Positions 1-9,394 of a stretch of 64,000 nt of DNA are shown here, in pieces. How positions within the stretch are numbered: position 1 is the stretch's first letter; the number at the start of each line of letters is the position of its first letter. Source of the stretch: Candidatus Hermodarchaeum yapensis (GTDB lineage Archaea; Asgardarchaeota; Hermodarchaeia; Hermodarchaeales; Hermodarchaeaceae); contig JAEOSK010000013.1 of assembly GCA_016840405.1 (NCBI GenBank), positions 1-64,000 on the forward strand. Direction: 5' to 3'. Under the pieces are notes generated by a model. The model was not told where the DNA came from. It saw only the letters and a list, made by a program, of their open reading frames with translations, and ran no database searches. The position numbers were made by a program, and so were the translations under genes.

Positions 1-98
1 TTAAAGGGAAGCCATCGTTGATCAATCATCTTCACAATATGATTTTCCATTTGCACAGCTAGTAAATCCAATTCTTGCTCATCAATCTTCACGCGCAT
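1..98 (-). CDS. N-terminus of a probable methylthioribose-1-phosphate isomerase / eIF2B-like protein (runs off the window)
   Basis: Manual translation from ATG at 98: MRVKIDEQELDLLAVQMENHIVKMIDQRWLPF; VxxIDQRxLP is the typical MtnA N-terminal motif. Confidence 0.6.
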   Translation of the reverse strand, partial: MRVKIDEQELDLLAVQMENHIVKMIDQRWLPF

Positions 99-207
99 TT
101 ACAGCCCTCCAAATGTGGTATTGATTATATTTAGGAAACAAAAGGGTTTGGGGATGACTTATTAGGAATATTCCCAGCAAAGAAAAAGCACACTAGGTGT
201 ATGGTGA

Positions 208-882
208 ATGCTTTACGAACGAAATATCGAAGCAATGCTCTTTGACCTGGATGGCACATTAGTCAAGCTTCCGGAAATCTGGAATTTTTTTGATGAGTTA
301 CTCGTGGAAACGTTGACGGAATTTAAGATTCCTGTCCCTTCACAGCAGACTCGGCTTGATGTTTGGCATTCAGGGGGAGATTTTGAGCAGGTGATTCGAA
401 GCTGGGGAGTTAAGGACTATGATGCGTTTATTCATCGCTTTGATGTGCTTGACTATGAAAAGAGAAAGAAAATGATTCAGAGAGGAGAGGTTCGTCTTTT
501 TGATGATGTCGATGTTTTGGAAACATTGCATAAACGGTTCAAAATGGGTCTTCTAACAAATACGCCACCTGATATCGCCTTGCTAGAGCTCGAAGCCTTT
601 CAATTAAAGCAGCACTTTGACGACCTGGTGATGCTAGGTTCTGTAGAACAGCATATCGCTAAACCAGAACCGGATGGCTTCTTACGATGCCTCAAGAATT
701 TAGATGTTGCCCCAGAACAAGCGGTTATGGTAGGGGACAGTAGTAGTGATATCATAGGTGGAAATCGTGTTGGTATGACAACTGTTTACATTCAACGTCC
801 TGACCAGCCCTACCCGAAGAATATGCAACCACCTCCAGACCTGATCATCACTAACTTACATGAACTCCTTAAATTCATCTAA
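208..882 (+). CDS. HAD-superfamily hydrolase (phosphoglycolate phosphatase-like)
   Basis: FDLDGTL motif I, LTN motif II, KPEP, VGDSSSD motif IV. Confidence 0.9.
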   Translation: MLYERNIEAMLFDLDGTLVKLPEIWNFFDELLVETLTEFKIPVPSQQTRLDVWHSGGDFEQVIRSWGVKDYDAFIHRFDVLDYEKRKKMIQRGEVRLFDDVDVLETLHKRFKMGLLTNTPPDIALLELEAFQLKQHFDDLVMLGSVEQHIAKPEPDGFLRCLKNLDVAPEQAVMVGDSSSDIIGGNRVGMTTVYIQRPDQPYPKNMQPPPDLIITNLHELLKFI

Positions 883-899
883 AGGGTTGAAGTTCTTGG

Positions 900-2315
900 C
901 TATTCGGTGGGACGTCGAAGGATTTCTCCATATTCAACAAGTGCGGCCATTCCCCGAGCTCCCCTAAGAGGGAGATGGTACGCAGGGACACCAGCAAGTC
1001 GTAATTTGAACATTCGTTCACGAATCGCCTTCGTTGAAGGGACTGAAACAACGACAATGGGTTTCTTCCTCTGTTCACTGGCTTCAACAATGGCTTGACT
1101 CACTTGTTCAGCATCCAGAAGCGGTGTCATAAACAAAGGAATGACGATGAGTCCATCGATTTCATCACTTTCAAGCAGGGTATTCATCGCAAACGCAAAT
1201 TGCTCAGCCGTTGATGAACCTGTGAGATCCACGGGATTCTTCACTGAGTAATAGTGGGGGAGTTTTGTGTGCAAGCGTTTCTGAAGGGATTCGGAAAGCT
1301 CGGGAGCTTGGAGGTCATAATCAACGAGAGCATCAATTGTCATGACCCCAAACCCACCACCACTAGTAATGACACCAATCCGGTTTCCTTCGGCAGGAGG
1401 TTGATTGACCAAGGCACGAGCTACGTCAAAGAATTCACCTATTGTTTTTACGCGTATGATTCCAGCGGCTTCAAAGGCTGCATCATAGATACGATCTGTT
1501 CCAGCCAGTGAACCAGTGTGACTGGAAACAGCACGAGTACCTGCTTCGCTACGCCCAGCTTTGATAACTACGAACGGTTTTCTTCTTGAGGCACGGCGAC
1601 AGATATCGATGAATTTACGACCGCGATTAATAGACTCGAGATAGAGCCCGGTTACCTTGGTGTCTTCATCGTCTTCGAGATAATCGATGAGGTCGCCTTC
1701 ATCGACATCGAGTGCATTCCCAAAACTGACAAATTTATTGAAGCCAATGTTTTCGTTATATGCGAAGCTCATTACTGCGCCACCCACGGACCCAGACTGG
1801 GTGAGAAAAGAAATTTGCCCAACACCGGGTCGAGGTGTTGTGCTTTCAGGGAGAAAGAGGGTATCGATATGGGTCTTGGGGCTAAAGGTTCCAAGGCAGT
1901 TGGGCCCAAGAATACGAATATCCCCCTTTTGGGCCAGATCTTTCACTTGGTTCTCGAGTTTGATTCCCTCTGGGCCAGTTTCACGGAACCCACCAGAGAC
2001 AATAATCACATTTGAAACTTTCTTTTCGACGCATTCCTCCATTGCGATTGGCACATATTTCGCAGGAATCACAATAATCGCAAGATCAATTGGCCCTCCA
2101 CAATCTTTGAGTGAAGCATACGTCTTGATTCCCAGAATGTGACGACCCTCTTTCGCTGCCTTGGGGTTAATCAAGTATAATCGTCCCGGAAATTTCGCAG
2201 CAACCATTTGCTCAACGACAATATGTCCAATTCGACCAGGGCGTCGTGAAGCGCCAATGATTGCGACATTACGGGGTTTAAAAAAGCGATCAATCTGGGT
2301 TTCAATTGAATCCAT
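900..2315 (-). CDS. acdA: ADP-forming acetate/acyl-CoA ligase alpha subunit
   Basis: CoA-binding IIGAS, GPNCLG, TQSGS, phospho-His SHTGSLAG, NPVDLTG. Confidence 0.9.
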   Translation of the reverse strand: MDSIETQIDRFFKPRNVAIIGASRRPGRIGHIVVEQMVAAKFPGRLYLINPKAAKEGRHILGIKTYASLKDCGGPIDLAIIVIPAKYVPIAMEECVEKKVSNVIIVSGGFRETGPEGIKLENQVKDLAQKGDIRILGPNCLGTFSPKTHIDTLFLPESTTPRPGVGQISFLTQSGSVGGAVMSFAYNENIGFNKFVSFGNALDVDEGDLIDYLEDDEDTKVTGLYLESINRGRKFIDICRRASRRKPFVVIKAGRSEAGTRAVSSHTGSLAGTDRIYDAAFEAAGIIRVKTIGEFFDVARALVNQPPAEGNRIGVITSGGGFGVMTIDALVDYDLQAPELSESLQKRLHTKLPHYYSVKNPVDLTGSSTAEQFAFAMNTLLESDEIDGLIVIPLFMTPLLDAEQVSQAIVEASEQRKKPIVVVSVPSTKAIRERMFKLRLAGVPAYHLPLRGARGMAALVEYGEILRRPTE

Positions 2316-2495
2316 TGTTCATCCACACTCTCATAAATAAAACACGATCTTCGTCTGATAGATAACCTGATGTTTTTTTACCAACAGAACTTCGGAGTAA
2401 ATAAATTGATGCCATAATACTCGACAATAAGGTTAATTTGGGGTTTGCATGATTGTCAGGTGAGATATTTCGATATTTGAAGTGGAGTCATTGCA

Positions 2496-3689
2496 TTGAG
2501 GAAACAGATAGCTCAGGATCAAGTTCTGGTGCGGTATGGTGAGATTGCGCTCAAGAGTGCGGGTATACGTGGGCATTTTGAAGTGCAGTTAACCAGGCAT
2601 CTTAAGGCAATGCTTGCGTTGAAGGATGTTCCGTTTTCAAATATTAAACGGGAGCGTGGACGTTTCTTCATCCAGACTAGCGATCCACAGGCTATCGCTG
2701 AAGTGGTAGCGCGGGTTTTTGGTGTTGTTTCAACTAGTCCTGTTTGGACGGTCCCCTCAAAGCCGGACCAGATTGTAGAATTAGTTGGTCGACTTACCCC
2801 TCACTTGGTTAGTGATGGAGATGCTTTTGCGGTACGAGCTCGAAGGTTGAAAGACCTTCCTTTTACTAGCCAAGAGCTTGCGGCTCAAGTGGGTGCGAAA
2901 ATCGTTGATACGGCAAAGGCTGCAAATCAGCTGGTGAGTGTGAATTTAGACAAGCCTGATGTGGAAGTGCATGTGGAGGTTCGGCAAAAGTCAACCTATA
3001 TCTTCACCCAGATTATTCCGGGACCTGGAGGGCTCCCATACGGGTCCCAAGGCATGGTTATTGGTCTCCATTCGGGGGGCCTTGATAGTCCAGTCGCCCA
3101 ATGGTTGATGATGAAACGGGGTGCTAGTGTTCTCCCCCTTTTCATGGACTCGGATAGCACCACGGAAAAGCAATTTCGTAATCGGGCTATTGAGTCAGCG
3201 AAAGCCCTTGCGGACTGGATTCCGAGTACCAAGGTACAGATACTCATTGTTCCATTTTATGAGATATTGAAACTCATAAAAGAGATGGGGGATGGGAAAC
3301 TGACGTGCGTTCTTTGTAAACGTATGATGTATCGTATTGGGGCGATGGTCGCAGCTCAAGAAGGGGCACATGCGTTAGTTACGGGTGAGACACTTGGGCA
3401 GGTGGCTTCGCAGACTCTGACTAACCTTACGATTCTTGACTCTGTTGTGTCCTTACCCATTTTTCGTCCACTAATTGGTATGGATAAAACCGAAACCATG
3501 GATCTTGCCCGGCGAATTGGTACCTATCAGGTGTCTAGCAAGGATGTCGGAGATTGCTTTGCGGTTCCTAAGAAACCGACAATTGGGGCTGAACTAAACA
3601 AGGTCCATGAGGCTGAATATCGGTTGCCAATTACGAAAATGGTTTCTAATGCAATGAGCCAGCTTGAACGTTTGCCGCTTGAAAAATAG
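2496..3689 (+). CDS. thiI: tRNA 4-thiouridine synthase, archaeal type without rhodanese domain
   Basis: VRYGEIALKS, THUMP region, PP-loop SGGLDS, CVLC, GETLGQVASQT, RPLIG. Confidence 0.95.
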   Translation: MRKQIAQDQVLVRYGEIALKSAGIRGHFEVQLTRHLKAMLALKDVPFSNIKRERGRFFIQTSDPQAIAEVVARVFGVVSTSPVWTVPSKPDQIVELVGRLTPHLVSDGDAFAVRARRLKDLPFTSQELAAQVGAKIVDTAKAANQLVSVNLDKPDVEVHVEVRQKSTYIFTQIIPGPGGLPYGSQGMVIGLHSGGLDSPVAQWLMMKRGASVLPLFMDSDSTTEKQFRNRAIESAKALADWIPSTKVQILIVPFYEILKLIKEMGDGKLTCVLCKRMMYRIGAMVAAQEGAHALVTGETLGQVASQTLTNLTILDSVVSLPIFRPLIGMDKTETMDLARRIGTYQVSSKDVGDCFAVPKKPTIGAELNKVHEAEYRLPITKMVSNAMSQLERLPLEK

Positions 3690-3758
3690 AATAATTTAAT
3701 TGTAGGAAGATAATAAATAGAAATTCTAGAGGCAACGTTAATAAAAAGCCAGTTTTCA

Positions 3759-4487
3759 ATGATACTCAAATTCCATGGAGAAAGGGCTGTTTGGATTATG
3801 TCACGAAAAGCTATCGGTCGCGTCTTGGATCGCTATGAAATCGATCAACGTATCGTTGAAATTGTTGCAGTTAAACCCAATTCAACTATCGATGCTATTT
3901 CCACTGAAACGGGATTGAGTTACACTGCAGTGCGGAACAGTCTCCAACGGCTCATCAGTCTAAAAGTCATCGTCGAAACCTATGATACCGAAGGTCCCAG
4001 CCGCCGAGGACGCCCAGCCACCCTTTTCCGAATTGATAAGGGATTACAAATCTTCATCCCGCCAAGACAATTCCAACACCTCGCCCTCACACTGATTGAA
4101 CAACTCATCAAGGAAGATGGGACCGAACATGTGGCTAATTTACTTGATCGGGCAGCACAACTCCAAGTTTTGCGAATAACCTCCGAATGGGAAGAAGCCA
4201 ATGCCCTACCAAAAACCCTTGAGAATGTTGTTGAACGAATTTGTGATTACATCAATGAACAAGGATGCTATGCAACGCATTCACCCTTTGAAAAGGGGTT
4301 TTACATCCAGGTGAATAACTGCGTCTATAATAGTATCGCGACAACTTACCCAGGAACCATCTGTCGGTTTCATGAAAGCTTCGTCACACACATGATTCAA
4401 CATCATGACAAGGCAATTAACGTCTCTCATGAACAGTCCATAGCCGAAGGCGCTCATTATTGTCTTTATGTCATCCGTCCGCCCTAG
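3759..4487 (+). CDS. wHTH transcriptional regulator with Cys-containing C-terminal sensor domain (SufR-like); start may be ATG 3798
   Basis: HTH followed by RRGRP wing; C-terminal NNC...ICRFH...SIAEGAHYC. Confidence 0.75.
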   Translation: MILKFHGERAVWIMSRKAIGRVLDRYEIDQRIVEIVAVKPNSTIDAISTETGLSYTAVRNSLQRLISLKVIVETYDTEGPSRRGRPATLFRIDKGLQIFIPPRQFQHLALTLIEQLIKEDGTEHVANLLDRAAQLQVLRITSEWEEANALPKTLENVVERICDYINEQGCYATHSPFEKGFYIQVNNCVYNSIATTYPGTICRFHESFVTHMIQHHDKAINVSHEQSIAEGAHYCLYVIRPP

Positions 4488-4553
4488 AATATACAATTAA
4501 AGCGATTTTTGACGGTAAGTTATCCGCATAAAGAGTTTTTGACATAAAAGTTC

Positions 4554-4628
4554 ACCACGCTAACACGTGTTGTTCACGGTTATAAAGACCCTCTTCTAAC
4601 ACGTGGACTGAACGCAAATAATTAAATA
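4554..4628 (+). promoter_or_regulatory. Promoter with two CTAACACGTG boxes and TATA-like AATTAAATA
   Basis: CTAACACGTG at 4560-4569 and 4596-4605; AATTAAATA at 4620-4628. Confidence 0.6.
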
Positions 4629-4664
4629 GTATTTGTCATTGATTGTTGAACGGAGTGGTTTGGT

Positions 4665-6464
4665 TTGAAGTATACAAAGATATGTGTATTACTTTTTAGT
4701 GGAATTCTCTTGGTAAATTTTGGTGGGATGGTAGTATTTTCTTCAGATAGCTATTACAGCGGACCACCAACTACAGTTCTAGTATTTGGTGATGACCAAG
4801 ATATTCAGTACGCTAGAGAACAGATTATGGGGGAATTTATCCAGTTCATAAAGGATGACCCATTCATCAGACAGCGTCTCATACTGATTTGCAATCCCTC
4901 TCTGGACATTATTAGCTCTCTTGGGGGAATTGTGGTTTATGTATCACACGGGTCACCCGATGGACTAGTTACGCAAACAAATATCATACCATGGGCGCAG
5001 GTAGCTGCCAGGATAAATCAGTCACCCGCCAAAGTCCATATGTTTACAGCTTGCTATTCGAGCCAAGCTTCTAGGATGACATCTTCTCAAGAGGTTCTGG
5101 GTTTCGCAGGTCCCGTAGATGTGGATGTGGCCATGGCGTTAATAGTATCTCAGGAGCTTTCAATCCTCCAAGGACCAGAAGAGGGAATGCGATACTTTTG
5201 GTCGAAACTCATTGAAGGCGGCTTGATATGGAAGTACCTTTTCCCACAGAGAACACTTGACCCTGCTGATGAAATGATACAAGGTACTGGAGAATCGTCA
5301 AACCTTGCTGGTGAGATGCAAGGTCAGTCAGCAAATCCCCTTGGAATTACTGTATCGGGAGCTGTTGGCGCACAGAGCTATCTAGACATCAATGTCCACA
5401 ATTTGGGACAAACCGCAACCCTCCGGGTTGGTTGCGAGTTCATGTCGGTGGCACCATTTTTTAGGCTGTTTCTCAACGTGTTTTCTCAAGCACTGGGAGC
5501 TGAAATTTCAGTATTTCCGGTAGCCCTAACTGGAATAATAACAATTACTGAATCATTGGAAAACCTGATTTTAGACATGCTAATAGGAGGAATCGTGTCG
5601 CTAGCAATAATGCTAGCGGGAGTGAAGCTAGCAACGTACGTCGCAATGGCAACTATGTCTCTCCCATATGGAGTAATACCCCTTGCAGTGGCTCTGGGGA
5701 TTGAAATAGTTGAATGGGCATGGTGGACCTTTATAATGCCTAGTATTGGACATCTCGTAGCAATTGCCTTTGTGCAGCTACTAGCACTTATCTTAGGCGT
5801 TGGCAGTATACTTCATATCGGAGGATTAGCCCCTGGGGTAGCCACAGCAGCCCTTGAGACGGCAGCCCTCACCAGCTTCACCACTGTTCTACCGCTTCAT
5901 GTTCTCCACATGATTGGAAGTGCAATTATTCTCATGCTATCTTTCTGCTCTATCCACTATCTGATTTCATTAATCCCCCCACCACCGCCGCCACCACCAC
6001 CGCCGCCACCACCACCGCCGCCGCCAGGTGGCGGTTGCCCGATTCTCTCAGTCTACGATGGAAAACAGTACATCTCAGAGGGTTTATTGGACATTCACGC
6101 ATCTGAAGATGTCGTTAGACGGCATAGAATCTGCACTACGCCCGAACCCAATGGGCATAGATATCTGCTCCGGCTAACCGAACATCCGCAGACCATCTCC
6201 CACATCGACAACGTGCGATTGTTGGCCAGAGTGCAGGATGGAAGGATTCTGGAGTTACCTCTTGTTTCTGCGGTGCATACAGCACGCGGCAATGTTCTTC
6301 GGGAACTGCTCTCAAGCGACGATGTCCGCGTGGACACCTTGGGTGCTGACCATACTAACGGCAACAGCGAGTCCATCGACCTGCAATTTGTGGCACCACC
6401 AGGACTTGAAATCGTCGAGTGGTTCTTCTTCATCGAAGGATACAATGTGATTGTTAAATATTGA
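4665..6464 (+). CDS. Secreted multidomain protein: signal peptide, caspase/CHAT-like Cys peptidase domain, multi-helix hydrophobic region, Pro17 linker, C-terminal beta-rich domain
   Basis: N-terminal hydrophobic stretch; VVYVSHG (H95) and HMFTACYS (C130) dyad pattern; several hydrophobic helices at about aa 300-437; GGGCPILSVYDG domain. Confidence 0.65.
   Translation: MKYTKICVLLFSGILLVNFGGMVVFSSDSYYSGPPTTVLVFGDDQDIQYAREQIMGEFIQFIKDDPFIRQRLILICNPSLDIISSLGGIVVYVSHGSPDGLVTQTNIIPWAQVAARINQSPAKVHMFTACYSSQASRMTSSQEVLGFAGPVDVDVAMALIVSQELSILQGPEEGMRYFWSKLIEGGLIWKYLFPQRTLDPADEMIQGTGESSNLAGEMQGQSANPLGITVSGAVGAQSYLDINVHNLGQTATLRVGCEFMSVAPFFRLFLNVFSQALGAEISVFPVALTGIITITESLENLILDMLIGGIVSLAIMLAGVKLATYVAMATMSLPYGVIPLAVALGIEIVEWAWWTFIMPSIGHLVAIAFVQLLALILGVGSILHIGGLAPGVATAALETAALTSFTTVLPLHVLHMIGSAIILMLSFCSIHYLISLIPPPPPPPPPPPPPPPPPGGGCPILSVYDGKQYISEGLLDIHASEDVVRRHRICTTPEPNGHRYLLRLTEHPQTISHIDNVRLLARVQDGRILELPLVSAVHTARGNVLRELLSSDDVRVDTLGADHTNGNSESIDLQFVAPPGLEIVEWFFFIEGYNVIVKY
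5976..6026 (+). repeat. Poly-proline codon repeat (17 Pro; ~3 copies of a 15-bp CCACCACCACCGCCG unit)
   Basis: Read directly from the sequence. Confidence 0.95.
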
Positions 6465-6563
6465 TCTTAAATGCAGCAGACGAACACTCAGCGGTGGCGG
6501 CAAGGATTTATACTCAAGTGATGTAACGAAAGAAATGACGAATCAATTAGAGGAGAAAGCAAC

Positions 6564-7583
6564 GTGTCAGAACAGGCACAGGAATCTAGGCACCGTATTT
6601 GGCCAGAGAGTCTAGCTTACGGACTGGTAGTTTGGTTGCCGGTCGCTGTGATATCACTATGGCTTGGTCTCCCTACACGATTAATGAGTGGATTGGGGTC
6701 CACAGGGTTGCTGGCAGAGATTCTGGGATTCTACGTGATTTCCTATCCAGCCTTTATAATTCCAACTTTAGTTCGCGCGTGGAAGCGGGGCGCTATTATC
6801 GGTGATGGAGTAAAAATACTCGCTTGGATTCATTACGCTGTGGTCGTTTCCATACTGAGCGGGTTTGGTTTGTTTAATCTCCTTGTGGCGATGGGTGTTC
6901 CTCCAGCAGAGGCTTTCTCATTTGGACCTCCCCTCGCAGGGATATTGGCTATCGGCGTCATCATATTACTTTCAAAGTTGGAAAAACGGTTGGTGTCAAG
7001 GACTGGGCAGTCGTCTAACACATCTACATCCGATACTGCCTTGGCGATTCCAATTGACTTGTGGTCAAGTCGGGGTGGAGCCTGTGCGTTTTTTGTTGCT
7101 TTTTGTGGCACCGTGCTACTCTATTGTGCAGTATCCTACTTCGTATTATTAGGTTTCGGGCTTGACTTCCCGCCATCGACCTTTCTTGTAGCAACTATCC
7201 TTGCTTCTATTACGGGAGTCCTTGCCTTTTGCTATTCAGCAACGGGATGGATACAAAGCACATACCTCTCTGCCCTGCTCTGGGTGAGCGTTATTCCTGC
7301 CCTCCTAGTCGCAGGGTATCTCAGCGCCGTATGCCTAGTACCACTCTACTTTGGTTCATTATGGGGGAATCGTGTGGCAGACCGGGAACGAATACCCCGA
7401 TTGGCCGCATTCTTGCGAGAACGCCTAGAGCCTGGGAAAACCTTGGATTTGAAGCATCTCAGTTGGCTCAAAGAAAAGAGGGACTTCATACGTTATGCTT
7501 GGAAATTTAAGCTTTTAAAAGCAGCCGCAGAGATAATAGACTACCACATAAGTTCCAGTTCTACGTTGGAATCAATCACCTAG
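6564..7583 (+). CDS. Hypothetical polytopic membrane protein
   Basis: 339-aa ORF, about 7-8 hydrophobic helices, GAGGAG RBS upstream of the GTG. Confidence 0.7.
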   Translation: MSEQAQESRHRIWPESLAYGLVVWLPVAVISLWLGLPTRLMSGLGSTGLLAEILGFYVISYPAFIIPTLVRAWKRGAIIGDGVKILAWIHYAVVVSILSGFGLFNLLVAMGVPPAEAFSFGPPLAGILAIGVIILLSKLEKRLVSRTGQSSNTSTSDTALAIPIDLWSSRGGACAFFVAFCGTVLLYCAVSYFVLLGFGLDFPPSTFLVATILASITGVLAFCYSATGWIQSTYLSALLWVSVIPALLVAGYLSAVCLVPLYFGSLWGNRVADRERIPRLAAFLRERLEPGKTLDLKHLSWLKEKRDFIRYAWKFKLLKAAAEIIDYHISSSSTLESIT

Positions 7584-7783
7584 TTAAATACTACATATGC
7601 CCTCATCGCCACGAATTCAGGTAAGTACTCATTCGATAGTTATCTCAACAAATTCAGCTACTCTAAGGTATGACCAGTCAGGTTATCTGGGCTTCGTTCT
7701 CCTCATGAACCTAATTCTTTAGAAGGATCTCTATCTGCTCACATGAAAAGTTAAACTGATTTTCTAATCCTAAACCCACTCGT

Positions 7784-7912
7784 CTAACACGTAGTTTCAT
7801 GTTATCCACGTGTTAGGTATTTACCTAGAGTTAAGGGATCACTACCACGCGTTACTACCCTTTTACCACGTAACACGTGGAGCAGTAGTAAGCATAAGAA
7901 ACAAATTAAATA
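7784..7912 (+). promoter_or_regulatory. Second promoter with a cluster of TAACACGTG-type boxes and AATTAAATA
   Basis: CTAACACGTA 7784-7793, inverted CCACGTGTTAG 7806-7816, inverted variant CCACGCGTTAC 7845-7855, ACCACGTAACACGTGG 7865-7880, AATTAAATA 7904-7912. Confidence 0.6.
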
Positions 7913-7951
7913 TCAAATAGCACATTCATCTATTGACGAGGGTAGGGATTC

Positions 7952-8361
7952 TTGGACGGTGCAAAGGGCTGGGTGTTCATTGCTGTTGTTCTTGTGATTT
8001 TAGGGTATTTCCTGCCCATGCTCTATATCACAATTCCAACAATCACCATACATTGGATAGATTCCCTTCTCATCACTTTCTTAGAAACTCCAAGCATTGG
8101 AACTCCCAGCTTTGTTTGGTGGCTGTTCCCCATTCCCCTCATTCTCGCCATCATTGGCTGGGCCGGCTTCTCCTATCGACCCCGCCTTGCGTTTCTCAGA
8201 ATCGGCTTTTATCCTACGAGCATTCTCGTTATTCTCCTTCTGATATTTTCGGTATATCTAGCATCGATATCTTCATTCCCATTAACGCAATCGCTTTCAC
8301 TTTCGCAGCCCTGGCAGCACATCAAGCCAAAAAAAGACTCTCCCAAACCGAAAAGTCGTAA
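7952..8361 (+). pseudogene. Small membrane protein, apparently frameshifted at a T4 run (8246-8249)
   Basis: ORF 7952 is hydrophobic up to VILLLIF; adding one T continues into the 7933 frame FGISSIDIFIPINAIAFTFAALAAHQAKKR (TM helix plus basic tail). Confidence 0.55.
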
Positions 8362-8532
8362 CCTATGGAGGACCCATTGGATTACCTACAGAAAACTGTC
8401 TTACTTTCTCCTTCGTGTTCAATATATTTTATAATGAATAAAGAGTGCATTGGGAACATAAAGCAGGGAAAATCATCGTGAAACAGGGCAAATACTGGGT
8501 TGGCATGGAAGCAGCCGGCATTTAAGAGATGG

Positions 8533-8889
8533 TTAAATCAATGGAAAAATGAAACATAATAGACCGTCTGATGTGACACTAAGAAGCATGGAGCGCCGCC
8601 GTTGGCAGACAGCGTCAATCGTTTTAGGTAAATCGTCGTTATGTATCCAGCGAAGGAACGGTTTAATCCGCCACAACAGAGATTGGCGAGTAACCAGCGA
8701 CGGCTTTGTGTTTAGAAACTCATCCAAGTCCTCAACACTGATTTTATGCCACGGTTTGTTACAGAATTCCCCGAAGCTGTAAAGTGTGGATTTGTATTGA
8801 ACCCGTGTGCTTTTTGTAAACCGAGGATTTTTCAAGTACTTATCAACTAAATGGAAATCCGGCATAACACCATTAGCCATTGGCTCCAA
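8533..8889 (-). pseudogene. Truncated tyrosine recombinase/integrase (N-terminal SAM-like domain only)
   Basis: TKSTRVQYKSTLYSFGEF...ISVEDLDEFL...IKPFLRWI pattern; no catalytic R-H-R-Y domain follows. Confidence 0.6.
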
Positions 8890-9010
8890 ACGTTTAAAGT
8901 TTAAAACCGAATTTTCTTTTCTACAATTTTTCCAATGTAAGTTATCCTTTTAAGTAAAAACACCTCAACATTGGCAGAACCTTCTAAACTCTTAGATTAG
9001 GTGAAAACTA

Positions 9011-9331
9011 TTGGTAGATACTCCAAAAGAAGGCATAGAAGCCATGGCCGGAACCTTCGATCCTTCAGCGGCAGCCGGCTGGAATTGCGTTATCGAAATG
9101 GACATCCAAGGCGATCAGAAATACAACATTATTATCAAAGACCAGAAACTTGACTGGGGCGAAGGAGCTCCAGACAAGGCAGATCTCGTCATCAGTATTA
9201 GCAAAGACGACTGGATGGCCATCTCAAACGGCCAGCTCAACGCCGTCGCAGCCTTCATGTCTGGGAAGCTCAAGAGCCAAGGCGACATGAGCCACCTCAT
9301 GAAGTTGCAAAGCGTCTTCAAACTCGGCTAA
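9011..9331 (+). CDS. SCP2 sterol/lipid-binding domain protein
   Basis: GQLNAVAAFMSGKLKSQGD SCP2 signature. Confidence 0.9.
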   Translation: MVDTPKEGIEAMAGTFDPSAAAGWNCVIEMDIQGDQKYNIIIKDQKLDWGEGAPDKADLVISISKDDWMAISNGQLNAVAAFMSGKLKSQGDMSHLMKLQSVFKLG

Positions 9332-9394
9332 ACAATTCGAAGTTCTGGATATTTCATCTATCCTTGCCGCTGTTAGCGGTGCTTGGATTCGAGC

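Larger units (their letters stand above)
4515..8947. mobile_element. Degenerate integrated island bounded by 11-bp direct repeats GTAAGTTATCC
   Basis: GTAAGTTATCC at 4515-4525 and 8937-8947, each preceded by ATTTTT; encloses only hypothetical genes and a truncated integrase. Confidence 0.55.

Noticed and set aside
6027-6464. GGG|C junction and LTEHP suggesting a Hedgehog/intein Hint domain
   Set aside because: Block B needs TxxH but this reads TxH; there is no terminal HN and no typical block A pattern
8533-8889. SSV1-type split integrase
   Set aside because: The fragment does not end at the direct repeat, and no C-terminal half or tRNA target is present
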